DNA of 58,426 nucleotides, counting the filler, from Diploschistes diacapsis (Eukaryota): assembly GCA_023645945.1 (NCBI GenBank). It is 4 parts of 4 records of this genome, joined end to end, with 100 filler letters (N's around TTAATTAATTAA, not from the genome) between each part and the next. Parts side by side here need not be neighbours in the genome. Positions count along the whole stretch, not along the records: positions 1 to 31,901 come from JALAIB010000111.1; positions 32,002 to 40,754 come from JALAIB010001113.1; 2 more parts are not named here. One strand, given 5' to 3'. The notes under the pieces are model-generated. The model worked only from the letters and a program-made list of their open reading frames with translations, had not been told where the DNA came from and did not search any database. Shown one piece after another: positions 25,912 to 38,060 of the stretch. How positions within the stretch are numbered: the stretch's first letter is position 1; the number at the start of each line of letters is the position of its first letter. The position numbers and the translations under genes were made by a program.

Positions 25912-27459
25912 CTAAAAGTACCTTTCCTCCTCCTCCCCATCTTCCTCCGCCGCCGCATGCCCCACAGGCGGCGTGTAGCTCGGCGGTCTTGGCGCCATGG
26001 TACCTGCGCTCGCTTCGGACAGCCGTCTCGGCGGCGGCGGCGCGGGGCTCGAAGTCTGATTCTGATTTGGGCTTGGATGCTCGTTGCGCTGCCAGTGGAG
26101 GAGGTTGGGGTCGGCTCGCTGCAATTGGGCAAAGATGCGGGTCAGCGAGGGCAAGGAGGGAAGGGAGAAAGTGGAATGAGGAGAAGGAGACGAAGAAGGA
26201 GAAGCAAATGAGGGGGACAAAAGGCCACGTACCACGCTCCCCCTCCAACGCCCATACGCCGGCGGCGGCGGCGCCATCTCCTTCATCCCCATGCCCAACC
26301 CCTCGCTTTCTCCACCGTCGCCATTGACATCCATCTCCCTCCACCTCACGCCCATCCCACCACCAGCTCCCAGCCCAAACTCCTCGTCCCGCGCGAGGAT
26401 CACATGTATCGGCCGATCGATATGCGCGAAGCTCTCGCACCGTCTCAAACCCCCACGGCTACCACTAGCGTCGGAGCCGCTGCCGCGCGTAGTAGAGAGG
26501 GAAGCGAGGCCGTATTTACGGTAGCGCCGGACGAGTAGGAAGAGGGTCAGGAGGGAGTGGGTGAAAAGAACGCCGAAGACGAGGAGAAAGAGGATGAGGA
26601 TTATGCGAAATTGGGCGAGGGACGTGGGGTTTGTGGCAGACAGGGCGAGGGCTGCGGAAAGGGGTCAGTCAATGGAAAACGGAAGAAAGGAGGGTGATGG
26701 ATTGGGTGGACATGAGAGGTTGAGAGGGATAGAGGGAGAAAAGGAGTTGGGCCACATACATGTTAGCAGTACAAGAGCCAGAATGGCTCCCGAGACGAGG
26801 GTATGCAGGAGTTTTGAGCGCACCGCCGAGCTCTCCATGGCTGGGAACCAGACTCTGCCGCGGCAGTGCTTCGGTTTCCACCTCGGGTACCCGCCCGAGC
26901 ACGTCTGCGTCTGCACCTGATTTTGCGCCCGCCGTCGCCTTTCACTGCGAGCGCTTGGCCGACTTCCCTGCCTCTGATTTTCTTGTCGCCTACGGCTCCC
27001 CAAGGCTGTAAAACAGGGTGAATGCCTCTGCGGCTCCGGCGAAATTTGTGTGAGCGGCACGTTGCCCCCATAATCAATCACCCTCGCCACCGACGGTCGG
27101 CGCAGATCCTCTTGCGTCTCCCACAAGGGCGACACAGGACTCCTCTGTGTCACGGAAGAGAGCGGACGCGTGCTCATCCGGGGGGAAATATGGTCGATTA
27201 TGGAGCGCGTGGATGTTGGCGAGCGCTGGAATGCCGGCAGACCGGGGCTGAGGTGGGACATGTCGAGACGTGGAAGCTCAAGCCTTGTTGGGTTGGGGGA
27301 GATGGGTTTTGGCGAAGGTTGGATAGTGTCGCTGCCGGTTTGGCTTCCGATCACCGAGGTGCTGTGGAAGAAGCTAGATAGGGGTCGCCGTATACGTGAA
27401 TGTGGGGTGGAGGCATTCGAGGCGGGCGGGTCTTCGCCGAGGCTCCACCAGAGCGACAT
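25912..27459 (-). CDS. Conserved fungal hypothetical protein with central transmembrane segments; about 3 exons
   Basis: Hydrophobic SGAILALVLLT segment, then PIHVILARDEE, PPPPAYGRWRGSV|RADPNLLHW and RPPSY motifs. Plausible GT-AG introns. Start is uncertain. Confidence 0.7.
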
Positions 27460-28683
27460 TTTCTCGACCCTCAAGAAAGGTGTCGATGTATGAACAGTTG
27501 CCGCTTCACGTGAAGAAGGTGGCTTCAGTACCTTTGCTGTGCTGTGGTCCAGGGAAACTCTGGAACTTGACCGACAGACTTAAATGCTTCTTGTCACGGG
27601 ATTTCTTGAAGTTTCCGGAGCGCGCCTTGTTGACGCGACTGGTAAGCTTTTGCGCAGTTGCCCAGAGCGTCGCTACTTGGGTTTCGCCTTGATATGGAAT
27701 CTGTGATGATCTTATACCAATGGTCACAGTTGGGTGGCTATAGAGACTCTCAATCTATTGGTTCTGGTTCGAGTATTAATCCCGAAGATTAAATCACGAG
27801 ACTGAGATTCCTTAACGAGCAGCCAGTGCCAATCGATGAGGAAAGAACTGCTTCCCAACCCAAAATCTTTCAAACAACCACAAACCTTGAGCAGAGTCCG
27901 ACAACACAACACGATATTGTAGACACATTAGATAATTTAGAGACGAAGTAGAGGCCCATTGCTACAGGAGAATGTAGAAAGAGAATGCGCGTAGAAAGGG
28001 GTAAGCAGCGTGCGACAGGCACAAGTGTCAACGGAAGACTGATGAAGAACAGACCTAGCTAGCCTCAGGACCGTATTAGTCTTTACCATCTACGTTTCCA
28101 AATGGTATGGCTTATAAACTGATGTTCATCGGCTCTCTTCACGAGCTTCATGCTTCATGCTTCATGCTTCATGCGTATGTATCAGGTGGTAGTTTCGTGT
28201 TTGAGGAGATTCCGTAGGGCTGGCCCTCGGGTAGGGTAGCTTTCGTGCTAACTATCCAGTCACAGGCCGTCTGTCCGAAGTCCGGCAACAACCGCATCAA
28301 CGCGCATGATTCCTGATTGACCGACCATAGCCAACTATCACGGTGCCGCACCTTCAATGCGAGAAAGGCATCAACAACTTGAAGTACACGCGATCACTAA
28401 ACGATCGCTAAAGCAATGGCTAGGTATTTTCTGCAGACTAATGTTGGATTTTCAATCCTCTGCTCATGGCTTCAGGTTTCTTCAGCTTCAGCCCATCCAC
28501 ATTGCTGGGGGACGCTCGCTGCCCCAAATCTGGTACTGGTTTGTTAATGTACTTCACAGCTTTGTCGGAGAACAAAGATTGTCTGTACCATGTCCCGTTA
28601 CTGGAAATTCTTGAACTCTTGCTTCACAGTACTGCTCTAACCTACAATTGTCGTTCTTGATGCATCCAATAAGGTCCAAACTC

Positions 28684-29925
28684 TTACTTACCAAGCTCCC
28701 CGAGCATAAGAGTTCTATCGGAGGATGCGGATAGAACTTTGAAGGTCAGTAAGAGGCAAATCGAAAGCAATGGGCATTTTACTTACTGATTGGCTCATTC
28801 GCCGGACTGAAGCGAACGTCGTTCACAGTGCCCCTGTGACCGGGAAGCTTGTTAAGTAGCTTTCCTGTTCTTACATCCCAGATCACCACCGTGCGGTCCC
28901 CACTTCCCGCGGCAATGCGTTCTCCCCTAGAATCCCAAGAGGCACGGATCAAGTTGCGCTCAATGCCCGCTGGTGCTCCGTCATATGTCTTGATGTGACG
29001 ATCCGTGGGCGCAAAGGGGCGGACATCCCATGTTTTCACCGTTCCGTCCATGGAATTTGACACGAGCGATTGCGAGTCTGGCGATACTTGGAGAGAAGTG
29101 ACAGTATCAGCATGCCCCTGTAGACTGTACGCAACCGCCTTCTTCCTGATGTCCCAGACAGAGATTGCGTTGGTTATTCCTCCACTGTATATCTCATTGC
29201 CAGCCTCTCCTACAGCGACGGCAGTAACGGGATATTCGGTTTCCATGTATTCGACTGCCATCTTCTGTCGTGGATCCCATACGGCGATCGAACCATCATC
29301 GGAGGCACTAATGAGCAAGTTCTCTCCTCTTTTGCTGATATCTAAAGCATTGATGACCCCTTCATGTCCAATGTGGCGCCGCAGTCGTTCGCCCGTCTCC
29401 AGGTCCCAACTCGCGATAGTCATGTCGGCGGAGGCCGAAAAGACTACCTGAGAGTCCCGAGACCATTGTAGATCGAGAATCGCTCCTTTATGGCCCGAGA
29501 GTTGCCCGTAATTTTCGCAATCACCGTACGTTCGCCATAAGTCTGAGCGTGCGTCAGCACTGCCTCTTGATACCGGCGCAACGAGCTTACTGATCGTTCG
29601 GTCCATCGACCCACTAGCAATCAGATGTCCGGCAGGATCAAACCTCGCTGTGAAGATCTCGCCCCCATGGCCAGATAGCTCCATTACAGGGGCTTTCAGC
29701 CCGCTTGTTCTACCCTATTCCCCCTCTTCATCAGCCAGACCTCCTTATGATGGCTCAGCTCAGATCCTTGCACAGAGAAGAGCTGACGATGAGACTCACC
29801 TGGGCTAGGTCGCTTGCCACGGTAAGCGCGGTCCCATTGTTCAGGTTTGCGTCCGACTTTTGCCTCTTGACTACCATCTGTGAGCTTCCAAAAACATTGG
29901 AAGCTGGGCGCTTTTCGGCCGCCAT
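28684..29925 (-). CDS. WD40-repeat U5 snRNP 40-kDa protein (SNRNP40/Spf38-like); multi-exon
   Basis: MAAEKRPASNVFGSSQMVVKRQKS...RTSGLKAPVMELSGHGGEIF, seven WD repeats, ERNLIRASW, KLPGHRGTVNDVRF and final exon LSASSDRTLMLGELGK*. Confidence 0.88.
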
Positions 29926-30247
29926 CTTGTAAATTTGTAAGAAATTGAAAATGATAGAGATAGCGTACGATATCAAGATGTCATGCGCAGGAAGTTGTTG
30001 TGCACTTGAATTTGTATTCAGAAAACGTTGTTCCCAATGGTTGAAAATTGACCCGGCCCGAGTGAGCCGTCCGACGACTTCAGCCGAAGGCATCCTCTTA
30101 TGTCTCTATTTACATTGGGCCTCCATCTACAAAAAGGAGATTCAGTATTCTAGCAAGATTGGTTTTGAGACTGGATTGCTGTTGCGACAAGGACCATAGT
30201 CAAAGTCACTGGCTCTCTTGTTTTTCTCAGTTTCTTCAACTTTTACC

Positions 30248-31180
30248 ATGGCTTCTGGTAAGGCAGCTAGGGTGGGCGAAGAGTAGGTTTAAGTAATTAT
30301 ATTGAAATTGTTCAGGCGCTTATTGATTGTTAGAATCTGGAAGTACGTCCGGACAAATCTCTCTCTTTCTCTCTTTCTTTCTCTCTCTCTCTCTCTCTCT
30401 CTCTCCTGTCCTCCCAACTATCTGTTTACCTATCGAATAACCATCTTGTCGTTCTACAGGACCCGCATAGACAAGGTCAACGCGGAGCTTGTCACCTTAA
30501 CCTACGGAACCATAGTTGCTCAGCTCTGCAGTGACTACGACAGCAACTACGCCGAAGTTAACAAGCAGCTTGACAAGATGGGATACAACATCGGCATGCG
30601 TCTCGTTGAGGATTACTTCGCCAAGTCTGGCTCCCAGCGGTGCGCTAACTTTAGAGAGACAGCAGAGGCTATTTCCAAGGTAGTAATTACCATTGAGAAT
30701 ACAGTTCCCGACGCAGAGCTCACAGCAAACTAGATCGGCTTCAAGATATTTCTGAACATAACCCCAGTTGTCACCAACTGGTCTGCTGACAGCAAGCAAT
30801 TCTCTTTGATATTCGAAGAGAACCCGCTGGCAGATTTTGTGGAGCTACCCGACGACGGCAAGGCTCAAGATGAGCTGTGGTTCTCCAACATCTTTTGTGG
30901 TATCCTCAGAGGTGCTCTCGAAATGGTCAGTCGATTGACTTTTCATATCGCTCCATGAGAATATGGTCTACGTGGCTTTCCTGGTTACCCGTTACTCAAC
31001 ACTCCACCCTTACTACAATAAATGACTGTTTGCCTACCAAACCTGCTGACTGTGTGCCAGGTACAAATGCAGATCGAGGCGCAATTTGTCACTGACGTGC
31101 TCCGTGGCGACGAGACTACCGAGATGCGCGTCAATCTCATAAGGTATATGGAGGATGAGTTGCCTCCGGACGACGAATAG
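30248..31180 (+). CDS. BET3: TRAPP complex core subunit Bet3; 5 exons
   Basis: MASGKAARVGEE|IWK|TRIDKVNAELVTLTYGTIVAQLC...LDKMGYNIGMRLVEDYFAKS...|IGFKIFLNITP...ENPLADFVELPDD...LWFSNIFCGILRGALEM|VQMQIEAQFVTDVLRGDETTEMRV...DELPPDDE*. Confidence 0.95.
30358..30405. repeat. (CT)n microsatellite in BET3 intron 2
   Basis: CT/CTTT run seen directly. Confidence 0.9.
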
Positions 31181-31814
31181 CCAAGTACAAAGGTTCGAAT
31201 GAGCATTACGACCATTACGTCGACGTCGGGGTAGGCGTATCCTTCGCGTAAACCCGACGCTACCTCAAGGCAGCCTGCTACCTTCATTTCTTAAGGAGGC
31301 TCCATGTACGTTCTCACACTGCGTTGATGCCGTCACAGCGCCGCTTATCACAGCATATAGGCTTGGGAGAGCGTCTGCAGTTGAAGGATCGCTGCACAAG
31401 GTTTAGGAAGTTTCGTATGCGCCTACAATTGGAATGTGGAAGCATGCTGGAAGTTGTTTGTATGTGGGACGGCCCCAAACTGTCTAGGCTTCCTGTTCCT
31501 GGGAAGCGGGAGATGGACCTGCTGCACCACTTGGTCGCGGCTTTTCGCTCATCAGAGGTACGCTGGAGGGATCAATTAGACAAGATGGCTAGATACCTAC
31601 CGTTAGGAATCTGCTGGTGACATTTCCGCGCCATGTCGTAAGGTACTGTGGCAAATTCCGCGATGCAAAATTATCAGCAATGTTCTGCCAATTGTCTCCG
31701 GCTTTGATGTATGATTGAGTGGAAGCAGTTTAGATTATCACACGTCCATGAGCTGGGATGATAGAGGGGTTTTCCTAGCAAGTGATGGCCGGTGATCTTG
31801 AGCAATACCATACC

Positions 31815-31901
31815 TTATTATATGTTATTATTATATGTTATTATCATATGTTATTATTATATTTTATTATCATATTTTATTATCATATTTTATTATCATA
31901 T
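31815..31901. repeat. AT-rich tandem repeat (TATTATCATATTT-like) at contig end
   Basis: Repeated ttattatcatatt/ttattatatg units running into the gap. Confidence 0.85.
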
Positions 31902-32001
31902 NNNNNNNNNNNNNNNNNNNNNNNNNNNNNNNNNNNNNNNNNNNNTTAATTAATTAANNNNNNNNNNNNNNNNNNNNNNNNNNNNNNNNNNNNNNNNNNN
32001 N
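31902..32001. other. Artificial contig linker (N44-TTAATTAATTAA-N44)
   Basis: Identical 100-nt spacer occurs three times. TTAATTAATTAA gives stop codons in all six frames. Confidence 0.97.
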
Positions 32002-33668
32002 GAAGAAGGGGGCGTGTGGGTTTGGGGTTGAGAAGTCTGTTATTTGAGGTGAGTAGAGTTGGTGAGAGGGTCTTAAGTGGGGAGGGGACCCTTTAGGAGG
32101 AGAAAGGGGTAGGGAGAACAAGAGACATATGATCAGTGGGGCCGGATATGGAGAAGGTAGCATACCGAGCATCTGATCGTTTAGAATGACGCCAGTCTCG
32201 GGGACCATGATGGAAGAGCCGAAATACACATTGACGGTGGTCGTGAGGGAGATGGTCAGGCCAGACTCGTCAGAGGCGACAATATGAGACGTTCCATGCT
32301 AGCATTCGTTAGCTCACACCAACTCAAGAGGAGCACCTCGGGAATAAACGTACCGCTTCCGGCACAGCCCACTCTCCCGGGTCATACGTGCCCATATCCT
32401 GCGTACGATCGTCCGATATCTTCTCCCTCACGGTCCTCGCGTACTCTTCGGACGTAATCTCCGCCTCAAAAGCATCCATATTCGCCACATACCGCGGATC
32501 CCCCATCAACGCCCTTGCCCCATACGCAAACCGCATCGCCTCATTCAGTCTGTGCGTCGTCAAATTTACCATTCCCGGCTCCTCTATTCCCTCGTACCCC
32601 TCCATCATCTTCATTATCGACAGCACCGATGCTCCACCAGCAGGAGCCGGGCAGCTCGTGATAAGAAACCCATCATACTCCGCCTGCACGGGCTTCCTGA
32701 TCTCTGCTTCGTAGTTGCCCAGGTCCGCGACCGTCATCACCCCGCCCTTCGCCCTTGCCGCCATGACCGACGCCTCTGCCATCGGCCCATGATAGAATAC
32801 ATCCACACCCTTGCGTCCGATGAGCTCCAGCGTATCCGCATAGCGCTTTCTTGTCATCACATCCCCTACCTTTACCTTCCTCCCATTCGGCGCAAAGTCC
32901 TCCGCCCAGCTCGGGTCCTCAACAAAGAAGTCACCTGCTTTTCTTTCCAATGTCGAGTCCATATAGTACAGCAGGTCCTCATCCACAGTCCATCCGTTGC
33001 GCGCAATGTCAACAGCCGGCCGGACCACGTGCTCCCAGGTCAAAACGCCGTAGTGGGAGTGGATGTGCGCCACGCCGCGGAGCTCTCCGGGGACGCCGAC
33101 GGAAAGCCCGCCCCAAACCTGGGAGATGGGGTTGGCTTCGAACATGTACGGATCCGCCGCGGCGGGGGCGGTTTCACGGAAGTCGATGGAGGAGAAGGAG
33201 CCGTTGGGGGCGTGAACGAGAGCAAAGCCACCGCCGCCGATACTGTCTGGTGTCAATCAACACTTCCTGAGGAATTGGGGAGCTTTTAATTGAGTATTAA
33301 ATAATGCGTAGGGGAGATGTTCACCCAGCGTGATACATAGCAACGACCCCGATGCAAAACACCGTGCCGACCAGCTGCCATCAAAGTCAATTTCCTGCTC
33401 CAGTAGCGTCTGATATGCAACAACAGACCATGTCCGCCGCATTGCCTCCCTGCTCGTTCAGCTTTATACCGACTTTCGTACATATATCCGACTCGGAAGC
33501 GACGGCGGCATGTTTGCCCCGTATCGCGTGCTTTGGTGTCTGCTGGAACGGAGACTGTGTCCGGTCCTGCTGCGATGCGTCTTGTCCTGCGAGCAGGGCA
33601 TTGCTTAATACGACGAATAGTGCTAGCACAATGAGGCCTACGGGCGAGAGGCGGGAGGAACGATCCAT
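32002..33668 (-). CDS. Gamma-glutamyltranspeptidase, 3'-truncated at contig edge; multi-exon
   Basis: N-terminal signal/anchor, AVASESDICTKVG...GGNAAD, YHAGIGGGGF, IDFRETAP, GVPGELRG, EAMRFAYGARALMGDP and nucleophile region HGTSHIVASD...TTTVNVYFGS...GVILNDQM|TDFSTP. Confidence 0.93.
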
Positions 33669-34236
33669 GTGTGCGACGTGAAGGCTACATTGATGTTGTA
33701 GGGCTCGATGTTAAAGTAGTCTAGTACAACACCGAAGATGGTAGTTAGGCGAATTTGTCAGCGGATCATCTTGATTTGAATAGAACGACTAGGAAGTGTA
33801 TGCCTTGCGCTTGTAAGCCTTAAGGCACCTCAACAAACTTGCAACTAGAGAAGCTAACGCTGCACACTCTCCTCCCTGATGCATCGCCTTGAGTGTAAGT
33901 ATCGTAATAGAGAGTAGCTCCACCTCAAAATTAGTTAGTATTTATGGTTTAGTATCATTTCCCCTCTATATACAAAGTGTCTTTAGTCTCAGCACTTGAG
34001 ACTGCAAAGGACAACATTCCACAACTATGCATCTTTACCCAACTTCCCACGGGCACCAAACATCATCTGATCAGCAAAAGCGCTATGCAGATGCAAGACA
34101 CTGTACAAAGTCCAGCTTGAAATGCGCTGATCGAGCATGTGAGAGTTTAAGAGGTCATCCAAGGCACAGGAGTCGGGCCTTGACGCAAAGCTCCTTGAAT
34201 AACCGCCAGCGGCTGATCAAGGTAAAGATTTGAGGA

Positions 34237-36375
34237 TCATGGAGGAATGATCATCTGCGTCTCTTCAATATCTTCTCGAAGCTTAATGGGATGAATCAAA
34301 GTCGGTGGTAGGCAATATGTGCCTCGTTCCCGTTCCCACTAATCCAGATCAGCATTCTTTACCACTTCACAATTAGACAACGACAGACCTGTTCGCCGCC
34401 AACGCCGTCCACTTCATAACCGAGCCATTTCTTGTATAGCTCCAAGGCTAGCACCGCTCGATAGTAGAAGGTGGACGTGTTGAAAAAGTTGTGTTCACGG
34501 CCCAGACCAAAAACACTGTCAGTTCCCCCACTGCCGGCCCCAGTTCGTGGTAAGTAAGGATATATGTCGAGCGTAAACTGCTGATCGCCATTGTTGAAGA
34601 TAAAATCTGCAGCCTCTGCGGGCCACTGTCTGTCCATGAAAATAGAATGAGGCGCGTAGACGGCCTTTAACCCATGGTGCAGAGATATTGCTGCAGGAAA
34701 CTGCTCAGACCCCATATGGCGACCAGGATATTGAGTATTTTCAATTTGCATCATGTTCAACAAGCGATTAGAGAGTCGTACGAATGTGACGATCGAAGCC
34801 CTTCGGGGCGGCCCACCGTGGCCTCTAAGATTCTCGTCGTAGTTAAACCACGCAGCCAGGAAGGCATAATGGGTTGGAGCCGGCTCAAACATGGGCAAAA
34901 ACGTCACGAGATCCGCATCCTCCCCTACACCCCAATCCTCGTCAATGTCTCCAGCTGGTGGAGCTGGATCCCAAGACTTGAGAGGTTGTTGTCTCGGTGG
35001 GTAGGGACCCCAGATCGTACCATCGTTAGACTCAGTCTTCGCTTCGTCGGTGTATCTGGATCGGATAATCTCAGAAAACCGGGTAAAGTTATCGTTATGA
35101 TATCTCGGGATGAAGAAGCGGGCATTTCTCTCCCATAAGCCCTTTCGCGGCTGTTGCTTGGTCCAATCATTCACTTTGGAGACTAAGTCATACGTGTGTC
35201 CTGTATATCTGACATCCATTTCCCAATTGAAGTAGAAATCAAATTCCGGATGCTTCTCCGCAAACCATTGAACAGGAAGCCATTGGCTAGTGTGGACGAC
35301 GCGTGCTCTGTCGGGGATTAACGGGTAGTGATCTGGCCACAGCATCTCATTCCAGAGAACGGTCATGCTTCGGAACTCTGGCGGAACGTTGCGATCAACA
35401 ATCGAGTGGTACTCCTCCGAGGAGAGCGTTTCGATCGACCGACCCAGCCCTTTAATATTGTACAGCAAGAATACCTCGTTCTCCCCACCAGACCCAAGAG
35501 CCAGCTCCGTGACCACCGACCGTATGTTTCTTTTGAGTTCTTCCGTAAACACCATGTTCTGATAGCCACGGATCAGGATTGCCGTTCGCTTGCTAGGCTG
35601 AGGTTCCAAAGCGGGCGTATCGCCGTCTTTAAAGTAGTCCCGCTCGTCAGGCTTCTTCCGCGGCGTGAGGTCAAACCGATCTCTGTTTTCCTGCACGCAG
35701 GTCTGCTGCAGCTGAGCCCAGTCGAGCTTGTTCCACTCGATGCCCAATTCCCGACCCGTGCCCGGTCCACCCGGTAAACCGTATGCGCCGTGCTTTCCGT
35801 AACGATCGAAGCAGACATCTTGGTCGAGACCGAGAAGGCGATTGGAGCCCAATAAACCTTCGGGATAGCCATGTAGGGGTCCGACGAGACCAAACAGCGC
35901 ATCCTCGTCACTCTCATTGAGTCTCCTACCCTTCACGCCTCTGCACGAGACGAAACTCCCCCTGAATTGGCTTTTGTAATTTAAAGACTCGTAGTCTGGG
36001 TAAGGGTTATATTTCTGGACAGAGCTTCCGCTCCTTTCTCGTGACGTAGCCGTGTAGTACAACCTGAGCGAGGTGAGGAAGAGGAAACAGGCAGAAGCAT
36101 GGGGGAAGAGCCAACTTTGGGAAGTCATAATAGACCGCCTTGACAGGGTCCCAGTTCTGAGGAGGTCGCCATTGCTCTTCGGTGGAAAGATTGTGTTTGT
36201 CTGTAACCTTGACGGGTACGGGCAAACGCCTAACCCTCGTTTCCCTCTGAATCAATGGAGTGGATATAATAAGTAACACTAGGGCGAAGAAGAGTACAGC
36301 AGGAAGCAGGAGCCGACGCTGACGAGTTGGCAGGGATCGCGCGGAGGTTCCGCCAAGCTGTTTGTGCGAGTACAT
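34237..36375 (-). CDS. DUF3405-like type II membrane protein; 3 exons
   Basis: N-terminal TM (LLLPAVLFFALVLLII), YNPYPDY, CFDRYG..GAYG, RTAILIR, HPEFDFYFNWEMDVRYTGH, QPRKGLWERNARFFIP, WGVGEDADL, LHHGLKAVYAPH and final exon WERERGTYCLPPTLIHPIK. Family assignment is from memory. Confidence 0.8.
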
Positions 36376-36730
36376 TTCATGTTCGCTGCCTCTGTGGACT
36401 AGTCTGGGTTACAGCCGGGTTGCAGGTGTAGAAGAACACCGGCAAACAAGTATACATTAAGCGGAGGCAAGGCGATGTGGAGGTAGGTAAGATGTAGGAT
36501 TATGGAAATGACGTTTAGATGACAGGAACTTGATACATGGTAAGAAGTGAAGATTGAAGCGCGTCAAGGGAGAGCGTTATCGAAGCAGGGGGCTGGAAGG
36601 ATAGGGTGGTAAGTGGTGTTAGTAACTGGCGCCGCTCACCAGGTTAAATTCAAACCACAGCCAATGGAATTTCTTAGTAAAGTCTAGATACTAAAAGCGC
36701 AAAGTCTAACATCTCAAACCATTGTCCTAA

Positions 36731-37350
36731 GGCGGCATGATGGAATAGAGAGGTTTAGCAACCCTGTCGCTGCGGCTGCGAGTTTGCTATTGTAGTTAGC
36801 TCGTGTCTCGGCGCCGAGCGCTGCTTATCTCTTTAAGAAGCATCTCCGAAAGTTTCCGCAGCGTCCGTTTATAGAACCGTAGACGTCGTATACGCTGCGA
36901 GAATCCTAATGTAGATAAGCGTCGAGAAGAGTTTTATGGCCCTTCACCGACGCATCCGCGGTTAAATATTGGTATTTCCGTATTCTTTTATTTTTTTCTT
37001 CTTCTTTACTCTTCTTAACGCCTCGCGTTTTGTTTTTAAGTATAATAAAAGAATAAATATAATAAAGGCCCTACGGCCCCTTAAAACAAGCCTCTGAAAA
37101 CGTAAAATGGCCATATTTCAGGCCTTTCGGACTATGTTTAAAAGAGATGAAATTATTAAGAGCAATGCCATTTTAATACTCTTCTTAATTTGGATTAGTC
37201 TATTGCCAAGACCCTAAAAAAGCGCTAGCTACATCTGGATTCTCGCAGCGAGCGCATTGACAGGGTTGCTAAACCTTTCTATTAATGGTCAAGACGACTG
37301 CTGGCAGACCTTTTCGAAGGTCGTGGGTTCGATTCCCACTGCTGCCACCA
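36731..37350 (+). pseudogene. tRNA-like element (type II-like) interrupted by a TIR element
   Basis: 5' GGCGGCA (36731-36737) pairs with TGCTGCC before A-CCA (37340-37350). T-arm GTGGG-TTCGATT-CCCAC (B box) and stem GACCTT-TTCG-AAGGTC. No canonical anticodon arm. Confidence 0.6.
36744..37283. mobile_element. Non-autonomous TIR DNA element (MITE), about 540 bp
   Basis: 25-bp TIR AATAGA(G/A)AGGTTTAGCAACCCTGTC at 36744-36768 and 37259-37283 with one mismatch. Imperfect extension for about 30 bp more, AT-rich noncoding interior, no transposase. Confidence 0.85.
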
Positions 37351-38060
37351 CCCTTGAAATTCTCATGGATCAGCAACCTGGCCTAATCCTAAAGCGGCTA
37401 GCTACTTTCTTTTACTTTTGAATTAGCAGGTCGATAGAGGTGCGGGGTAGTGGGGGCTATGCGGGATAGTTAACAATCATTACCATTATCTATCTCCCAA
37501 CCCGCTCTTTATTTTTTACCCCACCGAGTCCTAGAACTGTGTAAAACGTGGACTTCAATTATGCCCTTACCGTTGCTGTTATCGTATGAACCTCACCAAA
37601 TACCTTTACCTCGAGGACGGGTAATATTGCACAACCGAGCTTCTAGACCTTCTAGACCCACTGATTATGCATGGTGCATGGCCAAGTATTTGAACTCCTA
37701 CGCTATACTAATACTACTACAACCGCTAGGATGCAGACCAATGGCAAAATATGTTAAAGTGTATGAAGAGCGAAAATGCTAAAGATTGGAGAAAGATGAA
37801 AATTTGCACGTTATAGTACCCAGATTCGGGCAGCTCTATCTTGCTTTGTTTATCTCAATCTTGGAGCTATATGTGGCAAAGGATCGCCGGCCACTCCTCA
37901 AGTGGGAAGGTCACCGCACGATATGCACCAAGCTGTCTTCCTCTTAAATGTTAAGAACCGCAGGTTTGTAGATGGCTCTTTCTTGGGCGTTTTGCGCGTG
38001 CTTTACAGTGTAGTCCTTTTTCTGCTTTCACTCTTGCACTCACGGGAAGCATTCGCGAAC

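Noticed and set aside
36731..37350. Selenocysteine tRNA or tmRNA interpretation of the tRNA-like element
   Set aside because: No UCA anticodon loop or extended acceptor stem, no G3:U70 pair, and the intervening sequence is a TIR element rather than a tag ORF.
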